Positions 1 through 11,795 of a stretch of 64,000 nt of DNA are shown here, in pieces. Position 1 is the stretch's first letter. Each line of letters starts with the position of its first letter. The notes beneath the pieces are model-generated. The model had not been told where the DNA came from. It saw only the letters and a program-made list of their open reading frames with translations, and made no database searches. Origin of the DNA: Gammaproteobacteria bacterium. GTDB lineage: Bacteria; Pseudomonadota; Gammaproteobacteria; JAADGQ01. The stretch covers positions 64,002 through 128,001 of the forward strand of contig WFXF01000041.1 in the NCBI GenBank assembly GCA_015490755.1, in the 5' to 3' direction. The position numbers and the translations under genes are program-made.

Positions 1-42
1 TATGATCCCACCTTCAGCAGAATCGGTGGTTTTTATTAAGCC

Positions 43-1791
43 ATGAATGTGAGCAGAAAAAAAATAAGAGTCCAACCTATTATTCAGCAGCGACGAATAT
101 TGTTGCTCGTTATATTAGGTGTTTTTGCTATTGCGTTAATGGGGCGGGCAGCTTATTTACAGATTCTTAATAAAGAGTTTTATCAGGGAAAGGCCAAAAA
201 CCATTCAAGCACAGTCATCATTGCATCTCATCGTGGAATGATTACTGATCGCTTTGGTGAACCATTGGCCGTGAGTACTCCGGTCTACTCTGTCTGGATG
301 AATCCTCAGAAGCTTGATGCCGACTCCAGACAACTCCCTCATTTGGCGCATATATTGGATATTAAAGTATCCAGAATTCATCAGTTACTAAAAAAATATG
401 AAAACAGCTCCTTTGTTTATTTAAAGCGGCAAATAGAACCGAGTCAGGCTGAATGGGCAAAAAAAATTGGTTTGAATGGTGTTTATATTCAGCGAGAGTA
501 TCGGCGCTATTATCCATCAGCAGATGTTATGGCCCATGTGACAGGTTTTACCGATATTGAAGATCATGGCCTTGAAGGGCTGGAAAAAACTTACGATGCG
601 TTTTTAAGCGGTACAAATGGCAAAGAGCGTGTATTAAGGGATAGTCGGCGCCGAGCGATTGAAAAAATTGATCGTATGCAAGAGCCTGTTCCAGGTAAAG
701 ATTTAAAGCTGAGTATTGATCGTCGTCTGCAGTACCTGGCCTATCGAGAGTTGAAAATTGCCATAGATAAACATAAAGCATTATCAGGGTCAGTTGTCAT
801 GCTGGATGTTAAATCGGGCGAAGTGCTGGCAATGGTGAACTCTCCCTCTTATAACCCGAATGATTGGTCTTCCCGTAAAGGGAGCTCTTTACGTAATCGC
901 GCGGTGACGGATATTTTTGAGCCCGGTTCCACAATCAAGCCTTTTGTGGTGGCAGCTGCTCTGGATACTGGACGCTATTCACCAGAGACAGAGATTAATA
1001 CGGCTCCCGGTTATTTTAGAGTCAATGCACACTTGACGGTGCGAGATATAAAAAACTACGGTTTGATTGATGTCAGCACGATCATTAGTAAATCAAGCAA
1101 TATTGGAATGAGTAAAATTGCCTTGTCACTGGAGTCTGATCTGTTATGGCAGACTTTTTCTGATGTCGGTTTAGGCATGATTACTGGCAGTGGCTTCCCT
1201 GGTGAGGCGGATGGTCGGTTGAGTTATCCCGGGCGCTGGCATGAAGCGGAACGTGCGACTTTATCATTTGGTTACGGATTGTCATTGACTCCATTACAGT
1301 TGGCACGCGCCTATTCTGTGTTGGCTGATGATGGTTTGATTAAGCCTGTATCATTTACTGTAATTGATGAAACACCGGTGAGTGAGCGTGTATTTCAGGC
1401 AGAAACAGCTGCACGGTTGCGGACTATGATGGAAAAGGTTGTGGCTGATGGCGGAACTGCAACACGCGCACAAATTCCCGGGTATCGCATTGCAGGTAAA
1501 ACAGGGACGGTTAAAAAATCTTCGAGGTCAGGCTATAGCGAGGATAAATATTTATCAATATTTGCAGGAATGGCACCCGCCAGCGATCCGCAGTTAGTTA
1601 TGGTTGTTGTTGTCGATGAACCGCGTGAAAATGGCTATTATGGTGGAGTTGTTGCTGCGCCTGTATTTTCAAAAGTGATGACTGGTGCGCTTCGTTTGAT
1701 GGATATTCCACCGGATCATCTGGAGTCATTGGACGCCCATATGGTGCTGGGTTCTGACGCGCCTGAATCTTCCCTGGCGGGTATGTTATGA
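43..1791 (+). CDS. ftsI: Peptidoglycan D,D-transpeptidase FtsI (PBP3)
   Basis: 582-aa ORF. It has an N-terminal TM anchor and the transpeptidase motifs STIKP, SSN and KTGT. It sits at the head of a dcw cluster. Confidence 0.9.
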   Translation: MNVSRKKIRVQPIIQQRRILLLVILGVFAIALMGRAAYLQILNKEFYQGKAKNHSSTVIIASHRGMITDRFGEPLAVSTPVYSVWMNPQKLDADSRQLPHLAHILDIKVSRIHQLLKKYENSSFVYLKRQIEPSQAEWAKKIGLNGVYIQREYRRYYPSADVMAHVTGFTDIEDHGLEGLEKTYDAFLSGTNGKERVLRDSRRRAIEKIDRMQEPVPGKDLKLSIDRRLQYLAYRELKIAIDKHKALSGSVVMLDVKSGEVLAMVNSPSYNPNDWSSRKGSSLRNRAVTDIFEPGSTIKPFVVAAALDTGRYSPETEINTAPGYFRVNAHLTVRDIKNYGLIDVSTIISKSSNIGMSKIALSLESDLLWQTFSDVGLGMITGSGFPGEADGRLSYPGRWHEAERATLSFGYGLSLTPLQLARAYSVLADDGLIKPVSFTVIDETPVSERVFQAETAARLRTMMEKVVADGGTATRAQIPGYRIAGKTGTVKKSSRSGYSEDKYLSIFAGMAPASDPQLVMVVVVDEPRENGYYGGVVAAPVFSKVMTGALRLMDIPPDHLESLDAHMVLGSDAPESSLAGML

Positions 1792-3296
1792 AGCAAAGTA
1801 CCATGAAAAATCTTCAGGATTTACTGGTTGATTGTCCGTCAGTGGAAGCCGTTGATTGTGAGGTTTATGGCATTACAATGGATAGCCGTAATGTTCAACC
1901 AGGTGATCTCTTCCTGGCATGTTCGGGAGTGGCAAGTCAAGGCCACTTTTTTGTTGAGCAGGCTATTCAGTCAGGTGCTGCCGCGATACTTTATGAAACA
2001 CCTGTGCCGTTTGCTATATCAGAAAAAGAGTTGAATGAGTTACCTGTTCCTACAATAGCTTTTCCAAATTTAGGTGAGAGAGCCGGAAAAATTGCCAGCT
2101 GCTTTTATGATCACCCATCAGCAGATATGATCGTGGTAGGAATTACCGGAACCAACGGCAAAACTTCGTGCTGTCATTTTATTGCGGAGGCATTGCATGA
2201 TAGCGGGTTATCTTGTGGTGTAATTGGAACATTGGGTAATGGTCTTTACGGTTCGTTAAAAAGAGCAACACATACAACGCCAGATGCCATCAAGTTGCAG
2301 CAGCTATTGGCGCAGATGCGTGACCAGGGTGCATCGCATGTGATCATGGAGGTGTCATCGCACGGTATACAACAACATCGAATTGCAGGGGTTCAATTTG
2401 ATGTGGCTCTGTTTACTAATTTGAGCCGTGATCATCTTGATTATCACGGTGATCTGGTGAGCTATGCCAATACAAAAAAACGCCTGTTTGTTGTGCCTGG
2501 TTTACGCTTTGCGGTGATTAATGCTGATGATCCAGTAGGGCGAGAATTGCTTCAAGAGTTATCTGAAAAATCGTCGAACAAAGCAAAATGTTTAAGTTAT
2601 GGTTTGTCAGATTGTGAAAGCAGTGTTCAGGGTCATACATTGAAGTTGATCTCTTGTGGATTGACTATGCAAGTGAAAACACTTTGGGGGCAAGGTGAGC
2701 TGAAAAGTTCGTTGCTGGGCCGGTTTAATGCCAGCAACTTGTTAGCTGTTCTAACGGTCTTGTTATCACTGAATATTTCCCTTGCTGATGCAATTTGCCG
2801 TTTGGCCTATCTGAAAGCTGTACCCGGGCGTATGGAGTCTTTGGGTGGTGAGCAGGGGTTACCATTAGTTGTAGTCGATTTTGCACATACTCCAGATGCT
2901 TTGATGCAGGTATTACAAGCATTGAGATTACATTGCGATGGGGCTCTTTGGTGTGTATTTGGTTGTGGTGGTGATCGGGATTCTGGCAAGCGATCCGAGA
3001 TGGGAGCGATTGCGCAGCAGTATGCGGATCAAATTGTGATCACTAATGATAATCCGCGTTTTGAATCGCCAGAAGCGATTGTTGAAAATATTTTGCAGGG
3101 AGTGCAAACCGCTGAACAGGTAAAAGTAATCAGTGATCGTGCTGAGGCGATTCGTTATGCCATAAGCCATGCCGCTGCTAATGATACGGTGTTGGTTGCC
3201 GGAAAAGGGCATGAAAACTACCAGATTGTTAATGGTGAAACCATACCATTTAGTGACCGCGAACAAGTGATTTCAGCACTAAAGGAGGCCGCGTGA
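1788..3296 (+). CDS. murE: UDP-MurNAc-tripeptide synthetase (meso-DAP adding) MurE
   Basis: 502 aa. Mur ligase P-loop GITGTNGKTS. Overlaps the ftsI stop by 4 bp. dcw position. Confidence 0.9.
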   Translation: MKQSTMKNLQDLLVDCPSVEAVDCEVYGITMDSRNVQPGDLFLACSGVASQGHFFVEQAIQSGAAAILYETPVPFAISEKELNELPVPTIAFPNLGERAGKIASCFYDHPSADMIVVGITGTNGKTSCCHFIAEALHDSGLSCGVIGTLGNGLYGSLKRATHTTPDAIKLQQLLAQMRDQGASHVIMEVSSHGIQQHRIAGVQFDVALFTNLSRDHLDYHGDLVSYANTKKRLFVVPGLRFAVINADDPVGRELLQELSEKSSNKAKCLSYGLSDCESSVQGHTLKLISCGLTMQVKTLWGQGELKSSLLGRFNASNLLAVLTVLLSLNISLADAICRLAYLKAVPGRMESLGGEQGLPLVVVDFAHTPDALMQVLQALRLHCDGALWCVFGCGGDRDSGKRSEMGAIAQQYADQIVITNDNPRFESPEAIVENILQGVQTAEQVKVISDRAEAIRYAISHAAANDTVLVAGKGHENYQIVNGETIPFSDREQVISALKEAA

Positions 3297-4669
3297 TGAA
3301 TATGTATTTATCAGACGTTGCTCACGCTGTTGATGGTATGTTGATTGGGGATGATTGCTTGTTTCAGTCTGTGACAACAGATAGTCGTACTCAAGTTTCA
3401 GATAGCTTGTTTGTTGCACTGAGCGGTGAAAATTTTGATGGCCATGATTATATAGAAAAAGCACAAGATAACGGTGCGGTTGCGGCATTGGTATCGCGAC
3501 AAATAGATTGTAATTTACCTCTGGTTGTGGTGCCTGATACCAAAATGGCTTTGGGGAAATTAGCCGCTGCCTGGCGAGCGCGTTTTAAAATACCGTTCAT
3601 CGCTATAACGGGCAGTAATGGCAAAACGACAGTTAAAGAGCTTGTTGCTTCAATTTTACGACAGTGTGGCCCAGTGTTAGCGACAAAAGGGAACTTTAAT
3701 AATGACATAGGCGTGCCTTTGACGCTGTTATCATTGCGTCATGAAGATCAATTTGCTGTTGTTGAAATGGGGGCTAATCATTCAGGCGAAATCGCTTATT
3801 TAAGTCATTTGGCTCAGCCTGCTGTGGCGGTTCTTAATAATGCAGCGCCTGCGCATCTCGAAGGTTTTAAAACGGTCGAGGATGTAGCAGAGGCTAAGGG
3901 TGAAATTATTGATGGATTAAGTGTCGATGGAATCGCTATTTTGAATGCAGATGATCCATTTTATAAAGCCTGGTGCAGGCGGGCGGGTGTACGACGCTGG
4001 ATCAGTTTTGGTTTGAGTGGCTCAGCCGATGTTCATGCCTATATCGATGACGGCTCTTTAAGTGACGGACTTCAAACAACAAGCTTTCGCATGACAACCC
4101 CGGCAGGGAGTATCCTGATTCATTTGCCATTGCCGGGTTTGCATAATGTTAAGAATGCCCTGGCTGCGACGGCGGCATGTCTGGCAGTCGGCATTGATTT
4201 GGCTGTGATCAAAAAAGGGCTGGAAAGTGTCGATGCGGTTGAAGGGCGTTTGAATATTAAAGAGTGCGGCCATGGTTTAACGGTGATTGATGACTCTTAC
4301 AATGCAAACCCTGCGTCGGTTCAAGCCGCATTATTGTTATTGTCGAAGCAGGTTGGAAAACAGCGTGTATTGGTTTTGGGTGATATGGCTGAGCTCGGTG
4401 ACACAGCAAAAAAATTACATCAGAAAATTGGAGTTCAAGCCCGTGAGTCAGGTATTGATTTTCTGTATGCAACAGGAAAGTTGAGCTACTCAACCGTAGA
4501 GGGATTTGGTAAAAATGGATTTTATTTTGAAAATAAAGAGCAGTTACTTAAACAGTTACAAGCTGATTTGAGCCATAAATTAAAATCAGATGTGATTGTA
4601 TTGGTAAAAGCTTCACGTAGTAGTCGTCTGGAGACAGTTGTCCAGGCTCTGCACAAAGGAGCGATATAA
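3293..4669 (+). CDS. murF: UDP-MurNAc-pentapeptide synthetase MurF
   Basis: 458 aa. Mur ligase motif [13 protein letters not shown] overlap with murE. dcw order. Confidence 0.9.
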   Translation: MMNMYLSDVAHAVDGMLIGDDCLFQSVTTDSRTQVSDSLFVALSGENFDGHDYIEKAQDNGAVAALVSRQIDCNLPLVVVPDTKMALGKLAAAWRARFKIPFIAITGSNGKTTVKELVASILRQCGPVLATKGNFNNDIGVPLTLLSLRHEDQFAVVEMGANHSGEIAYLSHLAQPAVAVLNNAAPAHLEGFKTVEDVAEAKGEIIDGLSVDGIAILNADDPFYKAWCRRAGVRRWISFGLSGSADVHAYIDDGSLSDGLQTTSFRMTTPAGSILIHLPLPGLHNVKNALAATAACLAVGIDLAVIKKGLESVDAVEGRLNIKECGHGLTVIDDSYNANPASVQAALLLLSKQVGKQRVLVLGDMAELGDTAKKLHQKIGVQARESGIDFLYATGKLSYSTVEGFGKNGFYFENKEQLLKQLQADLSHKLKSDVIVLVKASRSSRLETVVQALHKGAI

Positions 4670-4673
4670 CAGT

Positions 4674-5759
4674 ATGTTGTTATACCTGACAGAATATTTG
4701 ACACAGTTTCATAGTGGTTTCAGTGTTTTCCAATACCTGACGCTGCGTGGAATTCTGGGTGTGCTGACGGCCTTGATTATTTCATTCATCGTGGGTCCCT
4801 ATATGATTCGAAAGCTAAGCTTTCATCAAATTGGCCAAAATATACGTGACGATGGTCCTGAGAGTCATTTCAGTAAAGCGGGCACTCCAACGATGGGTGG
4901 GGCGCTGATTATTGTGACGATCGCAATCAGTACACTTTTATGGTCGGATCTCAGTAATCGATTTGTCTGGCTTGTGCTGGTGACAACGTTACTGTTTGGA
5001 ATAATCGGTGCGGTGGATGATTATAAAAAACTGGTTTATGGAAACAGTAAGGGACTCTCTGTCGCGCAGAAATATTTATGGCAGTCCATCGCAGCATTAG
5101 GGGTGGCGACCTTTATGTATTTCACTGCTTCGAGTCCTGCTGAAACAACGCTGATTATTCCATTTTTCAAGGACTTTGCTTTTGAGTTGGGAATGGTCGG
5201 TTTTATTGTATTGTCTTACTTTGTCATCGTTGGCACCAGCAACGCGGTGAATTTGACCGATGGACTGGATGGATTGGCTATTTTACCGACAGTCATGGTG
5301 TGTGTGGCGCTCGGGATTTTTGCTTATGTGACGGGGCATATCAAATTTGCGGAATATCTGGGGATTCCCTATATCCGAGGTGTGGGTGAGGTGGTTGTTT
5401 TTTGCGGGGCATTGGCTGGTGCCGGGCTGGGTTTTCTCTGGTTTAATGCTTATCCTGCTCAGGTATTTATGGGGGATGTGGGTGCGCTTGGTCTGGGTGC
5501 GGGTTTAGGCGTTTTGGCGATCGCTGTCAGGCAGGAGTTGGTTCTGTTTATTATGGGAGGCATATTTGTGATGGAGGCTGTTTCAGTCATATTGCAAGTG
5601 GCTTCTTATAAATTGACCGGTAAGCGTATTTTTCGCATGGCGCCATTACACCATCACTATGAGTTGAAAGGTTGGCCCGAGCCACGTGTGATTGTACGTT
5701 TCTGGATTATCACTGTGATACTGGTTTTAATCGGTCTATCGACACTGAAGTTGCGTTAA
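4674..5759 (+). CDS. mraY: Phospho-N-acetylmuramoyl-pentapeptide transferase MraY
   Basis: Polytopic membrane protein with the conserved MraY N-terminus MLLYLTEYL. Start moved to the ATG at 4674, preceded by AAAGGA, right after the murF stop. The track ORF begins earlier at 4638, inside murF. Confidence 0.85.
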   Translation: MLLYLTEYLTQFHSGFSVFQYLTLRGILGVLTALIISFIVGPYMIRKLSFHQIGQNIRDDGPESHFSKAGTPTMGGALIIVTIAISTLLWSDLSNRFVWLVLVTTLLFGIIGAVDDYKKLVYGNSKGLSVAQKYLWQSIAALGVATFMYFTASSPAETTLIIPFFKDFAFELGMVGFIVLSYFVIVGTSNAVNLTDGLDGLAILPTVMVCVALGIFAYVTGHIKFAEYLGIPYIRGVGEVVVFCGALAGAGLGFLWFNAYPAQVFMGDVGALGLGAGLGVLAIAVRQELVLFIMGGIFVMEAVSVILQVASYKLTGKRIFRMAPLHHHYELKGWPEPRVIVRFWIITVILVLIGLSTLKLR

Positions 5760-5761
5760 TT

Positions 5762-7174
5762 ATGATGAATCATCAATCACAAAAAACAATCATTAAAGCT
5801 TCACAAATAAAGGCTATGCCTTTGCCTGAGTCAGCTGTTGTGATCGGATTGGGGAAAACAGGTTTGTCGTGTGCCCGTTTTCTTGAACAGTCAGGTGTAC
5901 ATGTGACTGTAGTGGATAGTCGCAATGAACCACCATGTTTGATTGAACTGCAAGAGCGGGTTCCTGGGGTTGATATCTGTGTAGGTGGTTTTGATAAAGC
6001 TCTGTTTTGTACAGCAGAATTGCTTGTTGTTAGCCCGGGTGTGGCACTGGGTACACCAGAAATTCGTGAAGCTATAGATTTTGGTGTGCCGGTTATTGGT
6101 GATATCGAGCTGTTTGCCCGATATGCAACAGCTCCTATAATTGCAATTACAGGATCGAATGGTAAAAGCAGTGTAACGACACTGGTTGGAGAGATGTTCA
6201 AGCAAGCTAATCGTACCGCTATTTTGGGTGGTAATTTAGGTATACCTGTGCTGGATCTGTTCGAACAGGATAAACCCGACTGTTATGTGCTTGAGCTTTC
6301 CAGTTTTCAACTGGAGACAACATTTTCACTGAATCCTGCGGCAGCGGTCATTTTAAATGTTAGTTCGGATCATATGGATCGCTATGATAATGAAGAGGAT
6401 TACTTGGCTGCAAAACAACGAATTTATCAGGGTGATGGTGTGGTCGTGATCAATGCCGACGAGCCTTGCTTGCAGCAAGATATTGATCCAGCACGTAAGC
6501 AGGTACGATTTGGTTTAAAACAATTTGTGCGAGCAGATGATGATTTTGGTGTGGAGCAATATCAGCAGCAGTTGTGGTTGATGAAAGGAGCAAAGCATTT
6601 ATTGCCCGTTTCTGATTTACCTCTACAAAGTAAACATAATCTTTTAAACTCAATGGCTGCACTGGCATTGGGTTCTGTGCTTGAGCTCCCTATGCCTGCA
6701 ATGCTTGAAGCATTGCGTAACTTTAAAGGATTGGCACATAGAACTCAGTGGATTGCAGAAAAAGAGGGTGTGACCTGGGTTAATGACTCCAAAGGCACTA
6801 ATGTTGGCGCTACACTTGCAGCACTTGATGGAATGTCAGGCAAGGTTGTTCTGGTTGCAGGGGGAGTTGGCAAAGGTGCTGATTTTTCACCCTTACGTGA
6901 AATTGTATCGACAAAAGTACGAGGTGTTGTCTTGATTGGGCAAGATGCCCTCTTGATTGCAGATGCCCTTGCCGGTTGTACAGCGATTGAATATTCCGAT
7001 TCAATAGAAAATGCGGTGTTATGTGCAAGTCAAATTGCGGAGCGTGGCGATACGGTTCTGTTTTCTCCTGCATGTGCCAGCTTTGATATGTTTAGTGGTT
7101 ATGAAGCGCGTGGTGAATGTTTTAAAGAAGCTGTTGAAAATTTTCTGAAAATTGATTCAGGGGATGTTACATGA
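5762..7174 (+). CDS. murD: UDP-MurNAc-L-Ala:D-Glu ligase MurD
   Basis: Motifs GLGKTG and ITGSNGKSS. Start set at the ATG at 5762 just after the mraY stop. The track ORF's upstream extension overlaps mraY in another frame. Confidence 0.85.
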   Translation: MMNHQSQKTIIKASQIKAMPLPESAVVIGLGKTGLSCARFLEQSGVHVTVVDSRNEPPCLIELQERVPGVDICVGGFDKALFCTAELLVVSPGVALGTPEIREAIDFGVPVIGDIELFARYATAPIIAITGSNGKSSVTTLVGEMFKQANRTAILGGNLGIPVLDLFEQDKPDCYVLELSSFQLETTFSLNPAAAVILNVSSDHMDRYDNEEDYLAAKQRIYQGDGVVVINADEPCLQQDIDPARKQVRFGLKQFVRADDDFGVEQYQQQLWLMKGAKHLLPVSDLPLQSKHNLLNSMAALALGSVLELPMPAMLEALRNFKGLAHRTQWIAEKEGVTWVNDSKGTNVGATLAALDGMSGKVVLVAGGVGKGADFSPLREIVSTKVRGVVLIGQDALLIADALAGCTAIEYSDSIENAVLCASQIAERGDTVLFSPACASFDMFSGYEARGECFKEAVENFLKIDSGDVT

Positions 7175-8328
7175 ATGCTGTCAGTATGGTGGATTCACGT
7201 TTATCTCAGCCTCTGGACTATGGGTTATTGCTCAGTATGTTGTTTTTGTTGGGGCTGGGTATTGTTATGGTGGCTTCAACCTCTATGGGAATCAGTGAGA
7301 GCAAGTTTGGCGAGCCATTCCATTATTTATCGCGCCAACTGTTATTTGTAGTTGTGGGTGTTTTTTTTGCTATCGCTGTTTTTAAACTTCCATTGCAACT
7401 TTGGCAGCATATTGGGTTTGTACTGCTATTGATTAGTGTTGCTTTATTGATTGCGGTATTGATTCCTGATGTAGGGAAAACGGTGAATGGTAGTTCACGC
7501 TGGTTGCCAATGGGGCCTTTTAATTTTCAAGTGTCAGAATTTGTAAAACTTGTTGTGCCTATCTATATGGCTGGTTATTTAGTGAGGCATGCTGAAGAGG
7601 TGAGGGGGTCATTTTCTGGTTTTTTGAAACCGATGGCTATTCTTTCTGTTTTTGGTGTGTTGTTGTTATTAGAGCCTGACTTTGGGGCGACAGTCATTAT
7701 CCTGACAACAGCTCTGGGGATGTTGTTTTTATCAGGGGTGCGTTTTGGTCAATTCTTTTTGTTGCTTGTATTGATTGCTGCAGCTATGGCTATGTTAGCT
7801 ATTTTTTCGCCTTACCGCTGGGAGCGATTGACAACTTTTCTTAATCCGTGGGCAGATCCCTTTGATAGTGGTTTTCAGTTAACCCAGGCCTTGATTGCTT
7901 TTGGTCAAGGCGAGTGGTTTGGAGTCGGGCTGGGTGGCGGTGTTCAAAAATTGTTTTATTTGCCGGAAGCGCACACTGACTTTTTATATGCAACACTGGC
8001 CGAAGAGCTGGGGCTTATGGGGTCACTTCTGGTTATTTTGTTATTTGGTTTTATCGTTTGGCGTGCTTTTGATATTGGTCAACGAGCGCTGCGAATAAAA
8101 AAGGTATTTGAGGCTCATTTGGCACATGGTCTGGGGTTGTGGTTTGGCTTGCAGGCTTTTGTGAATCTGGGTGTGAATATGGGAATGTTGCCCACCAAGG
8201 GTTTGACTTTGCCATTGATGAGTTATGGTGGCAGTAGTTTGATTGTGACCTGTATTGCAGCGGCACTTTTGTTACGTATTGATTACGAAGTGCGTGGTCA
8301 TGTGAAAAAGCAGGAGCAGTCGGGATGA
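7171..8328 (+). CDS. ftsW: Lipid II flippase / SEDS peptidoglycan polymerase FtsW
   Basis: 385-aa polytopic SEDS-family protein. Overlaps murD by 4 bp. dcw position. Confidence 0.9.
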   Translation: MNAVSMVDSRLSQPLDYGLLLSMLFLLGLGIVMVASTSMGISESKFGEPFHYLSRQLLFVVVGVFFAIAVFKLPLQLWQHIGFVLLLISVALLIAVLIPDVGKTVNGSSRWLPMGPFNFQVSEFVKLVVPIYMAGYLVRHAEEVRGSFSGFLKPMAILSVFGVLLLLEPDFGATVIILTTALGMLFLSGVRFGQFFLLLVLIAAAMAMLAIFSPYRWERLTTFLNPWADPFDSGFQLTQALIAFGQGEWFGVGLGGGVQKLFYLPEAHTDFLYATLAEELGLMGSLLVILLFGFIVWRAFDIGQRALRIKKVFEAHLAHGLGLWFGLQAFVNLGVNMGMLPTKGLTLPLMSYGGSSLIVTCIAAALLLRIDYEVRGHVKKQEQSG

Positions 8329-9461
8329 ATGCATCAGCGCTTAAAAATTATACACCGATGCGTATTATGGTCATGGCAGGTGGCACTGGCGGGCATGTTT
8401 TTCCTGCGCTAGCGGTTGCAAATGAGTTGCGTACTCAAGGCGCTGAAATAATCTGGATGGGTACACGCTCAGGTTTGGAAGCGCAGATTGTGCCTAAAGC
8501 AGGTATTCAAATTGAATGGGTCACTATTTCCGGTTTACGTGGTAAAGGGCTGTTCAGTCTGTTATTGGCACCATTTCGGTTATTAGTTGCACTGTATCAG
8601 GCTTTGAATATTTTGATGCGACACCGTCCGATGGTTGTATTGGGGATGGGTGGTTTTGTTGCAGGGCCGGGTGGGTTGATGACCTGGTTATTGCGTAAGC
8701 CTCTGTTGATTCATGAGCAGAATGCGGTGGCAGGAGTGACGAATCGTCTCTTGGCGCGCGTGGCAACAAAGGTGGTCACTGCGTTTCCTGCTGTGTTGCC
8801 CAAAGCTGTGCATTTGGGTAACCCGGTTCGTAAAGAGATTGCCTGTTTGCCTAAACCCGGTGAACGTTTTGAAAATCGTCAAGGTGCATTACGTCTATTG
8901 GTGATAGGGGGGAGTCTGGGAGCGGCTGTTTTTAATGAAGTGGTTCCAGCTGCTTTAGCGCAGTTGGCTCAAAAGCAGGGCAAAGATATTCCGCCGATTG
9001 ATGTCTGGCATCAAGCCGGATCACGTAACATTGAAGAGGCCGAATCACAGTATCGTAAAATGAATGTCGAAGGTCGTGTCGAACCTTTTATTGATGATAT
9101 GGCTGCGGCCTATGCATGGGCAGATGTTGTTTTATGCCGAGCGGGGGCATTGACAGTTTCTGAGCTGGCAGCAGCCGGTGTTGCATCTATTCTTGTGCCT
9201 TATCCTTATGCGGTTGATGACCATCAAACACACAATGCAAATTATCTGGTGTCAGCCGGAGGTGGCAAATTATTGCCGCAAAATCAATTGAACGTAGAGA
9301 GCTTGAGTCAATTAATTGGCACTTTGAGTCGAATTGAGTTGCTTGAAATGGCCCAGGCGGCACGGAGCGAGGCAAAACCTGATGCAACTCAATTGGTTGC
9401 ATCGTTATGTCGAGAGCTTGCAGAAGAGGGTATCGGAAGCAGTCAGGGAGAGGTTCAATGA
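8325..9461 (+). CDS. murG: UDP-GlcNAc:lipid I GlcNAc transferase MurG
   Basis: 378 aa. N-terminal [10 protein letters not shown] motif. Overlaps ftsW by 4 bp. Confidence 0.9.
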   Translation: MNASALKNYTPMRIMVMAGGTGGHVFPALAVANELRTQGAEIIWMGTRSGLEAQIVPKAGIQIEWVTISGLRGKGLFSLLLAPFRLLVALYQALNILMRHRPMVVLGMGGFVAGPGGLMTWLLRKPLLIHEQNAVAGVTNRLLARVATKVVTAFPAVLPKAVHLGNPVRKEIACLPKPGERFENRQGALRLLVIGGSLGAAVFNEVVPAALAQLAQKQGKDIPPIDVWHQAGSRNIEEAESQYRKMNVEGRVEPFIDDMAAAYAWADVVLCRAGALTVSELAAAGVASILVPYPYAVDDHQTHNANYLVSAGGGKLLPQNQLNVESLSQLIGTLSRIELLEMAQAARSEAKPDATQLVASLCRELAEEGIGSSQGEVQ

Positions 9462-10891
9462 TCAGGGAAAAACATGCACAGCAAAAAATCATTTTAGAGC
9501 CGATGCGACGTATCAGGCGCATTCATTTTGTCGGCATTGGTGGTGTCGGCATGGGGGGAATTGCTGAAGTTTTGCTGAATTTGGGTTATGAAGTTTCGGG
9601 TTCAGATATTCAGCAAGGAGCTATGACAAAGCGTTTGGATGATTTAGGTGCTAGAATTTTTATTGGGCATCAAGCTGAAGCTGTTTCCGGGAGTGATGCT
9701 GTTGTTGTATCAACAGCAGTAAGTCAGGAAAACCCTGAATTAATCGCTGCGAATGAACAGCGCATTCCTGTCGTGCCACGAGCTGAAATGCTTGCAGAGC
9801 TGATGCGTTTTCGTTATGGCATTGCAGTGGCAGGAACACATGGCAAAACAACAACGACAAGTCTGATCGCGACTGTTCTGGCTGAAGGTGGGTTAGATCC
9901 CACTTATGTTATTGGAGGCAAGCTCAATAGTGCGGGCAGGCATGCTCAGTTAGGTGCTGGGCGGTATCTGGTTGCTGAAGCAGATGAGAGCGATGCTTCA
10001 TTTCTCTATTTGCAGCCTATGTTGGCGGTAGTTACAAATATTGATGCGGATCATATGGGAACGTATGGCGGTGAATTCAGCCGTTTACGGCATGCGTTTA
10101 CTGAGTTTCTGCATCATTTGCCGTTTTATGGATTGGCTGTGATGTGCATTGATGACCCTGTTATTCGTGAGCTATTACCGTCACTGAATCGGCCGTTGTT
10201 AACTTATGGCTTTGATGATAATGCGGATATTCGAGCATTTGATCTGGAGGAACATCAAGGGAAATGTACGTTCAAAGTCACTTTTCCTGATCAAGAGCCA
10301 TTGCTTGATATTACACTGAATATGGCTGGGAAGCATAATGTATTGAATGCACTGGCAGCGATTTCTGTCGCTCATGAGCTGGGGGTCGATGGTTTGGCGA
10401 TTCAAAAATCATTGGCAGATTTTCAGGGTATTGGGCGGCGCATGCAAGTTAATGGTGATATTGAGATTGCACAAGGTCGAGTATTGCACATTGATGATTA
10501 TGGGCATCACCCCAGCGAAATTGAAGCAACTTTGAATGCCGTTAAAAAAGGTTGGCCAGAGCGTCGCGTTGTTGTTGTATTTCAGCCGCATCGTTATACA
10601 CGCACGAGAGATCTGTTTGAAGATTTTGCGAAAGTGCTTTCCGGGACGGATGTTCTGGTTCTTCTGGATATTTATGCGGCAGGTGAGGAGCCTATTTCTG
10701 GAGCAGACGGCCGGGCACTTTCCAGGGCGATTCGTTTACGTGGTCATGTTGATCCAGTTTTTATTGAGAATACCGGCGAGCTGCCGGATGCTTTGAAAGC
10801 GCTGCTTGCTGATGGCGATATTGTTTTGACAATGGGAGCGGGCAATATTGGAGCGGTAGCAGCTACATTGGCACAAGATTTGCTAGGATAG
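9458..10891 (+). CDS. murC: UDP-MurNAc:L-Ala ligase MurC
   Basis: Motifs [13 protein letters not shown] and GTHGKTTTT. Start set at the ATG at 9458, an ATGA overlap with the murG stop. The track ORF starts earlier at 9407 inside murG. Confidence 0.85.
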   Translation: MIREKHAQQKIILEPMRRIRRIHFVGIGGVGMGGIAEVLLNLGYEVSGSDIQQGAMTKRLDDLGARIFIGHQAEAVSGSDAVVVSTAVSQENPELIAANEQRIPVVPRAEMLAELMRFRYGIAVAGTHGKTTTTSLIATVLAEGGLDPTYVIGGKLNSAGRHAQLGAGRYLVAEADESDASFLYLQPMLAVVTNIDADHMGTYGGEFSRLRHAFTEFLHHLPFYGLAVMCIDDPVIRELLPSLNRPLLTYGFDDNADIRAFDLEEHQGKCTFKVTFPDQEPLLDITLNMAGKHNVLNALAAISVAHELGVDGLAIQKSLADFQGIGRRMQVNGDIEIAQGRVLHIDDYGHHPSEIEATLNAVKKGWPERRVVVVFQPHRYTRTRDLFEDFAKVLSGTDVLVLLDIYAAGEEPISGADGRALSRAIRLRGHVDPVFIENTGELPDALKALLADGDIVLTMGAGNIGAVAATLAQDLLG

Positions 10892-10895
10892 TGTT

Positions 10896-11795
10896 ATGAA
10901 TTCAGCGCAGAGACTACAAGAACAACGAGGCCAGCTTCTAATAGAAGAGCCGATGTCTCGCCATACTTCATGGCGCGTAGGTGGGGTGGCTGAGAATTTT
11001 TATATTCCTGCTGATATCGACGACCTTGTGCTGTTTCTTAAACAGTTGCCCACAGATGAAAATTTATTCTGGTTTGGTTTGGGCAGTAACTTGCTGGTTC
11101 GTGACGGAGGTATTAAAGGTACTGTGATCTGTATGACCGGTGTGCTGAATACAATAAAAAAAATAGATGAGTTGCATATTGAAGCAGGGGCAGGAGCCTC
11201 TTGTGCAAAGTTTGCGCGATTTTGTGTGCAATCCGGATTAACCGGGGCTGAGTTTCTTGCGGGAATACCGGGCACAGTCGGTGGGGCACTGACAATGAAT
11301 GCGGGTGCTTTTGGTGGAGAGATCTGGCCGCTTGTAGAGCAAGTTGAGGTGATTAACCGTTTTGGAAGACGAGTGTGGCGTTCGAGAGATGAGTATCGCT
11401 ACTCTTACCGTCATGTTGATGGCCCTGAAAATGAGTGGTTTGTATCTGTACGGCTCAAATTGAAAGCAGGTGATAGCGTTGCGGCAATGGCACGGATTAA
11501 AAAGTTACTGGAGCAACGTAATGCAGCACAACCGATTGGTTTGCCTAGCTGCGGTTCAGTATTCAGAAATCCTGAGAATGATCATGCGGGGCGGTTGATC
11601 GAGGTATGTGGTTTAAAGGGATATTCGCTGGGTGGTGCAATGGTCTCTGAAAAACACGCAAACTTTATCATCAACAAAGGTAATGCAACTGCGTCAGATA
11701 TAGAGTCGTTAATGAATTTTATCGTCGTCACGGTTGAAAAACAGTGCGGTGTGCGGTTGAAAACAGAAGTGCATATTGTAGGGGTTGCTTCATGA
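10896..11795 (+). CDS. murB: UDP-N-acetylenolpyruvoylglucosamine reductase MurB
   Basis: 299 aa with an FAD-binding fold (GLGSNLLV, GxPGTVGGA). dcw position. Confidence 0.88.
   Translation: MNSAQRLQEQRGQLLIEEPMSRHTSWRVGGVAENFYIPADIDDLVLFLKQLPTDENLFWFGLGSNLLVRDGGIKGTVICMTGVLNTIKKIDELHIEAGAGASCAKFARFCVQSGLTGAEFLAGIPGTVGGALTMNAGAFGGEIWPLVEQVEVINRFGRRVWRSRDEYRYSYRHVDGPENEWFVSVRLKLKAGDSVAAMARIKKLLEQRNAAQPIGLPSCGSVFRNPENDHAGRLIEVCGLKGYSLGGAMVSEKHANFIINKGNATASDIESLMNFIVVTVEKQCGVRLKTEVHIVGVAS

Noticed and set aside
5672-5761. Upstream 30-codon extension of murD overlapping mraY
   Set aside because: It overlaps the mraY 3' end in a different frame. An ATG lies right after the mraY stop, and MurD family length (~450-470 aa) supports the shorter form.
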